Assembly: GCA_010909165.1 (NCBI GenBank)
Contig: MU008187.1
Span: 562,247 to 626,246 of the forward strand
Reading direction: 5' to 3'
DNA length: 64,000 bases
From: Anthoceros angustus
Taxonomy: Eukaryota > Plantae > Anthocerotophyta
Part shown: positions 38,638 through 50,529 of the stretch, one piece after another
Position numbering within the stretch: position 1 is the first letter of the stretch
Layout of the letters: the number at the start of each line of letters is the position of its first letter
Notes under the pieces: model-generated
The model's input: the letters and a program-made list of their open reading frames with translations, nothing else
Told to the model about the DNA's origin: nothing
The model's database searches: none
Translations under genes and position numbers: made by a program

Positions 38638-41600
38638 TGTGGCGGGACTTTTCGATGGCCGGTAGCGCACAATCAATCCGTGTCGTTGTAGGAAGAAGTC
38701 CGTTCCCAAAGGGAATGATAGGCCCGTTTACGCGTTTGGTGATTCTTACCGTCCTTAGCGCTCGTTCGTCCCAACACACACATACTCCTAACTACTCCAC
38801 GTTCTGCGTCCGGTATGGCCAAGCGTTTAAGGACCCGTTCGCGTCCGTATCGTTCACATACATCCTCACGCATCCGGTCCTTTCCTCTCTCCTCCTCACG
38901 CTACACTCTTGATCTTAGAAAAAGCGCGGGTTCTGTGATCCGGACCTCCTCGTCGTTCGCGGGCCTCTCCGTCCGGGCTCTACACACCCTCCGGAGTTCC
39001 TCCGGCTCACTTCGGTCGTTGTGTCGGACGCGGCTCGGGGCGAGCACGGTCACCCTTCCACACACACCACAGCGTTAAGTCCGTCACGGGACCTTGATCA
39101 ATCTCCCGGGCCGTGCACCTCGGTGACTCGGGACTCACGTTAGCAAGAAGACTCACAAAGGTGCAAGAGCGGCATCAACACCAAGAGAAAGATGCTTTAC
39201 TAGGCACCTCGGCCCTCTTATCTGCGCCCAAGGTGGCGTCTTTATTACACCCCTATTACGTGCTTGACTCGGTATACCCTAATCGGCCGCCTACCACCTA
39301 TCCCCCTATCTCCTTGTGTGTGGGAAGGTCACAGCCGCCTCGGAATGGGTGGTCCAATCCCCGTCAGTTGTGGTGCACCCAATCGGATGATCCGTGGCGG
39401 GCCCCTCCTCTCCCGGAATCACAGCCGGGTTGGGCTCTGGCGGCGGTCGCCGTTACCACGGCGTCATCCTCCCAGCCCCTCCACAGGTCCTTGGCGGTGG
39501 GGCCACCACTATCGGCTCCCCTAAGCGTAAGTCGAAGGGGCTCCTCCTTCTTGCCGCCGGTCCTCGAGGTCTGTCTCGACTCCCGAACTTGAGTCCGGAC
39601 TTATTCTGGTCCGGCTAGGTCCGACCTTGTCTCTGGTCCGGACCTCGGGGTCAGAGGTCCGGACTTGAGTCCGGACTTATCGGTCCGGACTTGGTCGGAC
39701 TTATTCGGTCCGGACTTGAGGTCCCCTCCCTCTGAGTCCGGACAAAGTCCGGACTCACGCCCCGGGTTTCCTCCCTCACGGGACTCCTCCGTGGCTCTCC
39801 TCAAGTCCTCCCGCTGTTCCCGATCGCGTGGCTCCCGTTGGCCCCTCCTTCCATGGTGAGGTCGGGGTGCTTACCTCGATCGCATCCGCGCTCCCTCGTT
39901 CTGCTCCTCCGGTTGCTCCTCTCCGCTCCGTCATCTCCAAGCAGGCCACTAGGGTCCTGTCTTTGTCCCGTGGCCTTCATCTCCTTGAGCCTTCCAGGTC
40001 CGTCCGTGACGTCGAGAGGCTTCTCGCCTTGAGCTCGCGTGGTAATAGGCAAAGTCAGATCGACTTGTTGAATTGCCTCTTCCACGTGTGCGGGCACCGA
40101 TACTCCCTCCGCCATAAGTGTTAGGGCGTCTTTTCGGCTTGTTGGGCCACCTCTCCTGCCAGTTGTGGTGGGGCCGGGCGTCACGTGAGGCTACAAGGCG
40201 GCCTCGGTCACCTCCTGCGGTGCCTCACTGCTCAGCTCCGTCGTTTCCTTCCATTGACTTACCGCCATAGCGCGTTCCCTTCCGCCTTTCTCGGTGGACC
40301 GGCGGCTTCTTTTACGCTTCCGTGCTCGCTCCTCCGTTCATTCGGCCTTTAGCTCGCCACTCCCTCTCCAGGTGATCGGATACCTCCGTCCAGGCTCGGA
40401 CTTCCTCCGGCTCCTTCAGCAGCGTCCAACTCCTTGGATAGTCGCCGATTTTCCTCCGTCTTGAGGCCAGAGGCTGTTTCGTGCTCGTCGTGGATTCTCT
40501 CGTTGAGAATCACTGCTTTCTCCGCATCTTGGGTTGTAGCTCCAGTGTCCTTCATCCTCCATCTGCCTCCTTCTCCTCTACTCCTGCGGTGCTCGGAGAT
40601 CCTCTATCTCCAGTCTTGTGCCCTCCATAGCCCGCTTGTCGCCAGGTGCCTTGCTTGCTCTCTCCACGGTTCGATCACGTCTTGATCCGGTCGCTCTTCA
40701 CCGCTGACTTGCTCGCCGCCTTTACAGGCCTCGCCCACTTGGCCTTCTCTGGCGGGGCCGCCGCCTCCGAGTCCGAGCTCTCTGCTTGTGCCGGGCCTCT
40801 TCCGCCTCCGCTTCCCTCTTCGCTGCAAGGTCCTCCGCTTGGGCCTCCCAGAGCTTGCTTGTGTGGTGAAGAACCTTAACCCAGTCTGTGAACCGCCGCC
40901 CGGGCCTCGCTCCGCCACCGGCGTTTCCCTTCCTCGATCCGGCGAGGGACTCCGCCTTTCCTTTGCCTCGGCCGCCTTCACTTGCTCTTGGGTTCCACCA
41001 TCCTCCTCGGGTGGCCTCCACTTCACAGGTCTTCTCCACACAGAGACCCCAAAGCATTCCGTCCATGGCGGTGGCAGACTCGCCGTGTTTCTTCCACGGC
41101 CGTGAGTGAGGCCCCACAAAGTCCGTAGTGGGAGCCGGCATTTCTCGGTCCGCCAAGGACCTCCATACCTGATCCGAGTAAGTCGGGGGTTCTCGGACCT
41201 AATCGGGACCCTCGGTCACAGTGGTGAGTCAGTCTCACCCTCTTGGCCCTCTTGGCCTCTAACTCCTTTGTGCCCTCTTTCTCACAGGGCTCGGAGGAGG
41301 TGAGGGGGTCGGGAGCAAGCTCTTTTGCCCCTTCACATGGGGGCAGGGGCCGGCTCGAGGTGGCTGCCGGTGACCTCCTGCTCCTTGGGCCACGTCCCCT
41401 ACGCCCTCCTTCGCCTCTTGACCTCTTGCCACTCGTGGGCGGGGTAAGTCGGCACCTTCGAGGTCTTTGCGTTGGTAAGCGGCACCGTCTTCCGCCTCTT
41501 GGCTCCCGTTGAGTTCGTCGGGGCTCGGCGGCCGTCGTGGTTGTTGGCTGTTACCGGTGCGGGCCGATACTCCCTCGCCATAAGTGTTAGGGGGGCGTCT

Positions 41601-44600
41601 TTTCGGCTTGTTGGGCCACCTCTCACCGGTTGTGGTGGGCCGGGCGTATCGCACTGAGGCGGCCTCGGTCACCTCCTGCATTGTTGCTCCACTGCTCCCC
41701 ACCTTTCCGCCCGGCTTACCGCCATGGCGGCGTTCCGCCTTTCTCGGTGGACCGGCGGCTTCTTTTACGCTTCCGGTGCTCGCGCTCCTCCGTTCATTAC
41801 GGCCTTTAGCTCGCCTCTCTCAGTGATCGGATACCTCCGTCCAGGCTCGGACTTCCTCCGGCTCATACGGCACAGCGTCCAACTCCTTGGATAGTCGCCG
41901 ATTTTCCTCCGTCTTGAGCCGGGCGACTACTGTTTCGTGCTCGTCGTGGATTCTCTCGTTGAGAATCACTGCTGCTCAAGCGCATCTTGGAGTTGTAGCT
42001 CCGGCGTGTCTTCTTGTCCTCCATCTGCTGCCGCCTCCCTTCTACCTCCTGCGGTGTACTCGGAGATCCTCTATCTCCCGAGTCTTGGCCCACTCCATAG
42101 CCTTTGTCACGGCCTTGAGTTACCTTTTCTGACTCTCTCCACGGTTCGATCACGTGCAGTGATCCGGTCGCTCTTCACTTGGCTCCGCCGCCTTTACAGG
42201 CCTCGCCCATTTGGCGGCTCGGCCGCCTCCGCCCGGTCGAGCTCTCTGCTTGTGCCGGGCCTCTTAGCCTCTGCTGCGCTTCCCTCTTCGCAAGGTCCTC
42301 CGCTTGGGCCTCCCAGGCTTGCTTGTGATGTGAAGAACCCCAGTCTGTGAACCGGGCCTCGCGCTCCGCCACCCGTTTCCCTTCCTCGATCGGCGAGGGA
42401 CTCCGCCTTTCCTTTGCCCCTCGGCCGCCTTCACTTGCTCTTGGGTTCCACCATCCTCCTCGGGTGGCCTCCACTTCACAGGTCTTCTCTGTACCACAGA
42501 GACCCCAAAGCATTCCGTCCATGGCGGTAGCCAGACTGTTTCTTCCACGGCCGCGAGGCCCCACAAAGTCCGTAGTGGGGCCGGCATTTCTCGATCCAGG
42601 ACCTCCATACGCATGATCGGAGTAAGTCGGGGGTTCTCGGACCTAATCGGGACCCTCGGTCACGAGTGGTGAGTCAGTCTCACCCTCTTGGCCCTCTTGG
42701 CCTCTAACTCCTTTGTGCCCTCTTTCTCACAGGGCTCGGAGGAGGTGAGGGGTCGGGAGCAAGCTCTTTTGCCCCTTCACAGCCGGGGGGACCCGGCTCG
42801 AGGTGGGGGCTGCTGCCGGTGACCTCCTGCTCCTTGGGCCACGTCCCTTTACGCCCTCCTTACGCCTCTTGACCTCTTGCCACTCGTGGGCGGGGTAAGT
42901 CGGCACCTTCGAGGTCTTTGCGTTGGTAAGCGGCACCGTCTTCCGCCTCTTGGCTCCCGTTGAGTTCGTCGGGGCTCGGCGGCCGTCGTGGTTGTTGTGT
43001 TGCAGCCGGTGCGGGCCGCGCCCTCCGGCTCCCTCTGTCGGTGCTCGGAGGGCACCAAAAGGAGGAAGGGGAATCGCCTCCCAAACTTCCACAGGTGGTG
43101 AGGGGTTCGCTCAGACGTATGGAGTCAGGAATCCCTCGATCGTCCTCCTCCGAGTCCGCTTGGTCTTGAAGGGCGACCCCCACCTCAGGCGCCCTTGCAC
43201 GCTCTGCCAGGGGCCTCCGGCCCCGCCGGCGCCGCTCAAGCTCTCCCTCCTTGGGAGCTCGAAATGTCCCCCCCATGAATCGGTATGGGGTCGACCGATA
43301 TGAGGGCTTCTCGCTCCTTAGCTTGCGTGCCTCGGCCCAGCAGGCGAAGATAATCCTTCCCGGTCGCTCTCTTCCCCTGGGCGCATGCGAGAATACCAGC
43401 AGTTATCACCAAGGTGATCCACCTTGGTGGCAGTTCAATGGACAATGATCCGGGCTACCGCCCTTACTCGTATCCGGGATCGGATATCAACCATCCGTTG
43501 GTTGTCCGCTGCGTTCGAGCCTCGCCACGCGGCGTGGCGGCCCTATCTTCCCCGCCGCCTTAAGGGCTCGGCACCACGCCCCTTCTTCCTCCTTGAGGCG
43601 GTTGTAGGCCATCCTCGGACCTCAAGGTCCATCGCCTCGAGTCCTCCGGAGGTTCTTGGATCGGACCTCCTTGTTGATCGCCGCATCTTCGGGCAAACTC
43701 CGGACTAGAGTGGCGTTGTCAAAGGTCCGAGACCATTTGGAACACGTCCGGATGCCACTCTGCACCAATTGCTTCCTCCGGCCGGGGCCGAAGTCCGGAT
43801 AGCGCCGGGTCACAATGTTGCGCTCCACGAGGGTCCATGGCTCCCGTTGAGTTCGTCGGGGCTCGGCGGCCGTCGTGGTTGTTGGGTGTTGTTACGGTCG
43901 GGGCCGTCCACGTGGCGCCGCCTCCGATCGGCTCCCTCACTTGTGCTCGGAGGGCACCAAAAGGAGGAAGGGGAATCGCCTCCCAAACTTCACAGGTGGT
44001 GAGGGGTTCGCTCAGACGTATGGAGTCAGGAATCCTCGATCGTCCTCCTCCCGAGTCGCTTGGTCTTGAAGGGCGACCCCCACCTCAGGCGCCCTTGCAC
44101 GCTCTACTTGGCGGGGCCTCCGGCCCCAGGCGCCCGCTCAAGCTCTCCCTCCTTGAGGAGCTCGAAATGTCCCCATACATGAATCGGTATGGGGTCGACG
44201 ATGGCGAGGCTTCTCGCTTAGCTTGCGTGCCTCCCGGCAGGCGAAGATAATCCTTCCCGGTCGCTCTCTTCCCATTGGGCGCATGCGAGAATACCAGCGA
44301 GTTATCACCAAGGTGATCCACCTTGGTGGAGTTCAATGGACAATGATCCGGGCCGCCCTTACTCGTAGATCGGATATCAACCATCCGTTGGTTGTCCGTG
44401 CGTTCGAGCCTCGCGCCGCTGGCCCTATCTTCCGCCTTAAGGGCTCGGCACCACGCCCCTTCTTCCTCCTTGGCGGTTGTAGGCCATCCTCGGACCTCAA
44501 GGTCCATCGCCTCGTCCTCCGGAGGTTCTTGGATCGGACCTCCTTGTTGATCGCCGCATCTTCGGGCAAACTCCGGACTAGAGTAGCGTTGTCAAAGGTC

Positions 44601-45380
44601 CGACCATTTGGAACACGTCCGGATGCCACTCTGCACCAATTGCTTCCTCCGGCCGGGGCCCGAAGTCCGGATAGCCGGGTCACAATGTTGCGCTCCACGA
44701 GGTCCATGGCTCCCAGACTTCCGTCGGCTTTTGGGTGCCATTGCTTCTCCTCCTCTTGTTCTGTAGGCTGGCGCGAGTCGGCACGATGTTCCTCCTTCGC
44801 GCGTTCGTTGCTCCAACCTTCGGTGCGCCACGCTCTGGCGTGGCGCCCAAAAAGCGCCCGAGCCGGATTGCGGGCGCAAGGGCTGAGGATTATGCGGAGG
44901 CTGCGGCAGCATGACCTCCCTCCTTGGCGCGCTTGTGGAAGTAACTGGCGGAAGGCGCCTCTTCGTTGTCCGTAGCGCGAGTGCGCTTACTCGACCCTCG
45001 CTTGCTTACTGCGGCCTTACGCGCGCGGCCGCGGGCGTGAATACTGCCTGCGGCCTCGGCAGGTTACAGTCTGGCCTGCATGCCCGACCTCCACTCGGGG
45101 CCGTCCACGTGGCGCCGCCTCGTCATCCTCACGCCTCGCTCCTAGGTTACTTTCACTGGCGTACTTATCCTATTTTGACTGGAGTGGGTTCCGGACTTAT
45201 CCGTTACTCGGTCGGAGCTTGCCATAGTGGTAAGTCCGTTGTTCACTCAGTCCGAGTATACTCGAGCCTCGTCCGCTACCCCAATTTATTCCTCCTTTTC
45301 CGCCTTATTTATCCTTCAATCCTAAAAAAAACAGAAACCCTACTTATTTCCTAACTCCCCAGGGAAGTGCATAGCCCACA
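38638..45380 (-). repeat. 5' LTR of the Gypsy (6.7 kb as assembled, ~4.4-kb core)
   Basis: Colinear with 23484-31515; bounded by PBS and TSD. Confidence 0.9.
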
Positions 45381-45555
45381 GCACCTCATCTCCAGCACGG
45401 AAATTCCCATTGAGCTCATCATGGATGGATGGAGCATAAGAGCACAACGCAGTACAAGATGCCGCAACCCAACACAGCAGCTCAACCACAGTCTCACGAG
45501 TAGCTCGCATGAACAGAGACTGTCCTTAGGCTATGATCACTTCATCAAGTGGGAG

Positions 45556-45797
45556 TGAAGAGATATAGTGATGAATGTCATACTTGGGGTTAAGTTATTA
45601 TTGCTTGGGTAATTAATTTAAGTTGAGTCAGGCTTAATACCCGTTCGTTAGGGTTGCGTCCCTTAGTGAATAGACGTACCTTTTCGTTTTAGTTAAGTTG
45701 TCTTTTCATGCTTTTGATCTTTTATCTTCTTGTTGATAATATATACACAATGTATTTATTCTGATTTAATCCACCTACAATTCGATGTAAATCGTCA
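45556..45797 (+). repeat. 3' LTR of Copia Y
   Basis: TGAAGAG...ATCGTCA, preceded by a purine tract and followed by TSD ACCAA. Confidence 0.9.
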
Positions 45798-48079
45798 ACC
45801 AAAGCATATAAACTTTACGACCCAGTTTCTCGCTCTTCTCTCTTTTCTCGGTGTTGCAACTCAAGGAGATCACCGCCTTGATCTGCAATTCTCCGGATTA
45901 CGGTTATGCTTACGGCGATTACGCTGATGACTCTCCTTCTGATTTTCCACAAGATGCTAAGTATGAATTGCTAGCATGCTATTCACCGTTGCGCCTTCGG
46001 GGATGGATTACGGCAATCACGACGATTCTGAGCAGTCGTGACGGCAATCACGAGCATAGTGGCTCTCATACTTCCACGGCGACAAGCGTGTTTTCGTAAT
46101 CCACATGCGAATTCACAAAGTCCTGCCAACACTATAGCAGCCTCGGCAGAGTCCACAGCGATCCACGGCAAAGTAGTGCACCTGACGCCACTCACTCGCT
46201 CCTTTAAATTTTGACGTAGATCATGAGAATTTCTACCGTTTTAGAAGAGATGAGCTAGTGCGAGAATCGATTGACAGTTCTTATCACCGCCTCAACACGA
46301 CTGCGATGATGAAGACATGCCTAGTGTGTTGAATGTTGCGGCGCCCCACTTGCCCCCACTAGCTGCAGAGGAAGAACGCAGATACCCTTCTCGTTCTCGT
46401 CCTTCTAGAGAAAACTGGCAATACAAACCCTATAAGCCATAAGATTTTAGACGACCACGTTCTGCTCGTCTCTGTGAGGTCTTCTCATCCAGCACTTCTC
46501 ATCCAGCAGAACCTCCCACATACAAAGAGGCAATCACAGGCAAGGATAAGCATCACTGGATTCCATCAATTCAGGATGAATATGACTCTTTGATGAAAAA
46601 TGAAACATGGGAGCTCTGTCCCTTACCTTCTGGAAGGAAGACCGTGAGCTGCAAGTGGGTGTTTAAGCACAAATTAAATGCACAAAGAGAGATAGCACAT
46701 TACAAATAACGTTTGGTAGCGTGTGGTTTCTCTCAAGTCGCAGGTGTTGACTTCAACGAGACATTCAGCCCTGTTGTGAAGACGCAATCCATAAGGATGA
46801 TGTTGGCCCTTGCTGCAGCCCGTGATTGGGACCTTGAACATATGGACGTATCAACTGCATTTCTGTATGGAGAGTTAGAAGAAGACATCTATATGGATCA
46901 ACTAGAGGGTTTTGAACACCCGGACTGGGTCTGCAAGCTCAAGAAGACTCTTTATGGTCTCAAGCAGAGCGCAAGAGAGTGGTACAAATGCATAGATAAG
47001 TACCTCAAATCCATTGGCTTCGTCCTGAATCCAGCAGATGCCAACGTCTATATGTACACCAAAGGAGGCCACATTGTGATCCTAGCTCTTTATGTTGACG
47101 ACGCCATTTTAGCTTCCAACAATCGAAAACTTTTAGAATGGGTCAAGAGTATGCTGCACAAACGTTACGACGTGAAAGATATAGGTCAGCTCACATTTGT
47201 CCTTAGTGTTCAACTTCTGCGTGACAGGGAAAACCGCACATTGATCCTTCATCAGAGTAAATATGTGCACGAGACACTTCGTCGCTTCAACTTACTTGAT
47301 TAAGCCGTTTACACCCCACGGGATGATGAAAGCGACTATGAGTTAGATCCCTTAACATCATGCGGTTGGTTGCACGAACTACACTTTCTTTGGACAAGGC
47401 ACGATATTGACCTTATGACGTGACTACATGTCACAATATCTCGAGAATCCAGGCTAGGATCATTGGATGGCTGTTAAGCGCATCCTTCGCTATCTAAAGG
47501 GGACTTCCACTTATGGATTATGTGATGGGCTGCTTGGATACAAGCCGCACAACTATGGGTTATTTTATAAGAGGAGTGGTCAGCTGAAACTTACTTTAGC
47601 TGGATTCACAGATGCCGATTGGGCATCAGATAGTGATACCCGGAAAAGTTTATTAACTTCTTTTACGCTCTCCTCATTGTTACAGGCGGTGATGTAGCAG
47701 GTCTTCCATTGCCCTCTCATCTACAGAGGCAGAATACAAGTCATTAATAGATGCTTCCAAAGAAGTAGAATGGGAAAGGAGTTTTCTACATGACTTGGAT
47801 CAGACACAGCAGGCACCTACCCCTATATTGTGCGACAACATGTTAGCTTTGGCTCTTGTGGCAAATGCTCCCTTCCATGCTCGCACTAAGCACATCGAAA
47901 TCCATCATCATTATGTTAGAGATGTGGTGAGCAGAGGAGTAATTAAAGTGGACTATGTCAGCACAAACGAAAATGTTGCCGACATCTTAACCAAGGAACT
48001 TCCTAAACACAAACATTATAAGCATATGGAGGCCCTAGGCTTACGGGACTATTCAGCTTACTGGAAGGATGGAGCGTAG
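45798..48079 (+). pseudogene. Copia X integrase C-terminus, RT and RNase H (in-frame stops)
   Basis: TKAYKLYDP, CKWVFK, DVSTAFLYG, LYGLKQS, LYVDD, GFTDADWA, FHARTKHIEI, ADILTK. Confidence 0.92.
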
Positions 48080-48848
48080 CACTTATCTGGTTTGGTGGGT
48101 GGGGGCGGGAATCCGAAGCTTCCCTGGTTTTGAGTTTTGATTCCTGCGACTGCTCACAGGTGCTGCTAACTGCAGAAGCACCCACAACCTGGTCAGTTGC
48201 TCAATGATCCTCAATGAGGATACAATGGGACTTGGATGAAGCTCATTACTACACAATCAGCTCGTTTTGTCACGTCATACATCAGAGAGCAGGTGTTACG
48301 TCTTGCTCGTCGTCCGCCGGTGGAGGCACCCTCCCAGCAGCCAGCAGTGTCTCCAGCTATTTTACTTTGTCCATGGCAGGTCGGAGCTTGGCTGCCAGTA
48401 TTGGTGCTGCAAACTCTGAGTAGCGGAGATCAAGTCCTCGTTGTTCTGGAGTCTCCTCCTTGGAATTTCTAAGCGTCCAGGGAGTAGGTTTTCTACTGGC
48501 GGCGGGTTGTTCACCTGAGTGACCAGCTCCTCTAGTGTAGTGTAGGGTTTCCCTGGCCGCGAGGTCTCCCCTCCTTGCCTAGCTGCCTCCATGCCATTCC
48601 TCCCCTTACGCTTCCGCTTCTCATATTGTAGTGGCAAGCCTTGGGCCGTCCCGCCTCCTAATGCTTGCAGTTACGGCGGATCGTGGCGGATAGCGAGTAG
48701 GAAGGCGGAGCCTGTGCGGGCGTGGCGATGGGAGTAAGTACATGTTTTTCTGCTGGGCCTTTACGCCGACAAGTTATGCAAGAGTTCCTGCCCGTGTGAA
48801 CACCGTTTATTCAGGCGCTTACTTAACTTAAAGTTGCTTTAGAGGGAG

Positions 48849-49011
48849 TGTTGAGTAGATAAGCCAACCTTTAGTTAAACGCCCTGAAGTTAGGGCTAGA
48901 TGAAGCGTTGCATAGGCAAAGTATAAAAGGACAACTAAAGTACAATTTTGTTATCTTCGAATTATTATTGTAAGTACACAATTGCCTTCTCGCTCCACGC
49001 ATTTATAAACA
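48849..49011 (+). repeat. Probable 3' LTR of Copia X
   Basis: PPT AGAGGGAG (48841-48848) then TGTTGA..., TATAAAA at ~48922, ending ...TAAACA. The partner LTR is not in the window, so the end is approximate. Confidence 0.6.
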
Positions 49012-50529
49012 TAGTGTCACATTGAGACTTGGCGACATCCAGTTGGTGCTGCCATCTACTAAGGAGCTCTTCGATGGAGGCGAGAGTGGCAAGCTTGTCC
49101 AAGAGAGTGAAGAGGAGGGGCTCAAGGGTTGGGGAAGTCTGGGAGGGAAGTTGCAAGAGAATTGCTTGAGGGTCCGTAGTGCAGGCAGGCAGGACATAGT
49201 GGTGGCGGCAATGTGTGTCATTTATGCAGCCAAAAAGGGCGTCCTATAAGATTCCAGAAAAAACTGGCCATGGTAGAGGGATTAGGATGTGAAGGGGTGG
49301 GCAAGGCGGGTGTAGTTGCAAACGGCAGGAAGGTGGAGTTGGGGGGCGATGATGGTGGGGAGAGTAGAACGTCTTGGGAGTGTTGCGAAGTAACTGGGTG
49401 ACAAACTCAAGGAGAGATTCTAAGTTGATAACCTCTTAAAGTAAGATGAAGACTAAGTCAGGATCGTAGAGGGGGAGAGGGCAAAAAAAACAAAGGCTGA
49501 GTTGGGAAGAGAGCAGTTTCCAAGGCATCAGCAAGTTGGGTCACAAAGGAAAGAGGCTAGTTAGCCAAAAAGGCAAGAAATTCATTTGTGGTAAGATTGG
49601 GAGAGAGGGTAGGGACTGCCCGTGATCAAAGAGTACAAGGGTGCCATAAGCTGGGCTGACCCACCTGTAGGGCAGGAGACAACGGGGGGTCAAGTCTGCC
49701 TTCCAGCATCTCGATCTTGTAGAAACCCACATTAGGGACAGTGCCAAGAGACAAACAAGAAATCAGTTCCCCATGTAACTTGTGGCGCATAGACACTAGC
49801 CATTCCGTGTGTGCATCCGTTGTCGTGGAGCTCCCTAGTTCGCTCTTCACCTGCAACAAAAGATACCAGATTTCTTGGTGCACTTCTTTGCGAACTTAGT
49901 CGAGGAATTCATTTGTGGTGAGCCGAGGGAAGAATTCGTCGAACTTCTCTAGGGTCATGGGAGGCAGAGCGCCCGTAATTGATCCACGAATACGAGTTCG
50001 GGGAAGGCATCGAACGTGCTTAAGAGTGTTTCTCTCAGGGCTGATCTGTTTTCGACCCAGGGGACCAGGTTTCTGTCGCAGATGTGGTTGTAACAAACCC
50101 TATGCGGGACACCATCTGCGAGCATGTTATCCTCAACCCACCGAGTTAGGCAGCGAAGGGATGCATGACAACCAAGGTCCACAAGTGCTCTCCCATGCAG
50201 GTCGGCCACATCATGAGATTTTCTATTCTTTTTCTTCAATAAAGTCTCCTAGTTTCCTATTCTTTTTCTTCAATAAAGTCTCCAGGTTCCCCTTGGATCG
50301 GATCTTAGAGGAGTAGATGTCCTTGCCTTGGTGCTAGTAGTAGCTTATGCACACATGGCACAAGGCACACCATGGCACACCATGGCACAAGTTGTCAAGT
50401 ACCAAGTGCCATGATAGGAAAAATTCCATCCAAGTGGACTTAAAGAAACTTCTTTTTCTTCTACTACACCGAGTTGTGTAGCATGGGTACCCTTGAGATC
50501 AGCTTGATGACCCAGTTCCATAAGGCCAA

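Larger units (their letters stand above)
23484..45380 (-). mobile_element. Full-length Ty3/Gypsy LTR retrotransposon (non-chromovirus-like), 21.9 kb as assembled, nested in the 3' region of Copia Y
   Basis: TSD GCACC at 23479-23483 and 45381-45385; TG..CA LTRs; PBS at 38619-38633; PPT at 31516-31527; gag-PR-RT-RH-INT order on -. Confidence 0.92.
13252..45797 (+). mobile_element. Ty1/Copia element Y nested in the X integrase (TSD ACCAA)
   Basis: Matching 242-bp LTRs, TSD ACCAA, PPT AAGTGGGAG before 45556, gag-pol at 15179-22511. Confidence 0.85.
12252..49011 (+). mobile_element. Ty1/Copia element X (5'-truncated), host of the nested insertions. Pieces: 12252-13251, 13494-14046 (inverted), 45798-49011
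   Basis: The polyprotein can be stitched: protease, GAG-pre-integrase and DDYSRYS (to 13251); integrase core on - (KKSDTFLFFQEW...FVGY); TKAYKLYDP from 45798; RT; RNase H; PPT; LTR. Confidence 0.85.

Noticed and set aside
49020-50340. Possible decayed retroelement (IGRPFL-like and DNMLADG-like words on -)
   Set aside because: Motifs are too short and in no coherent order, so it cannot be supported by eye.
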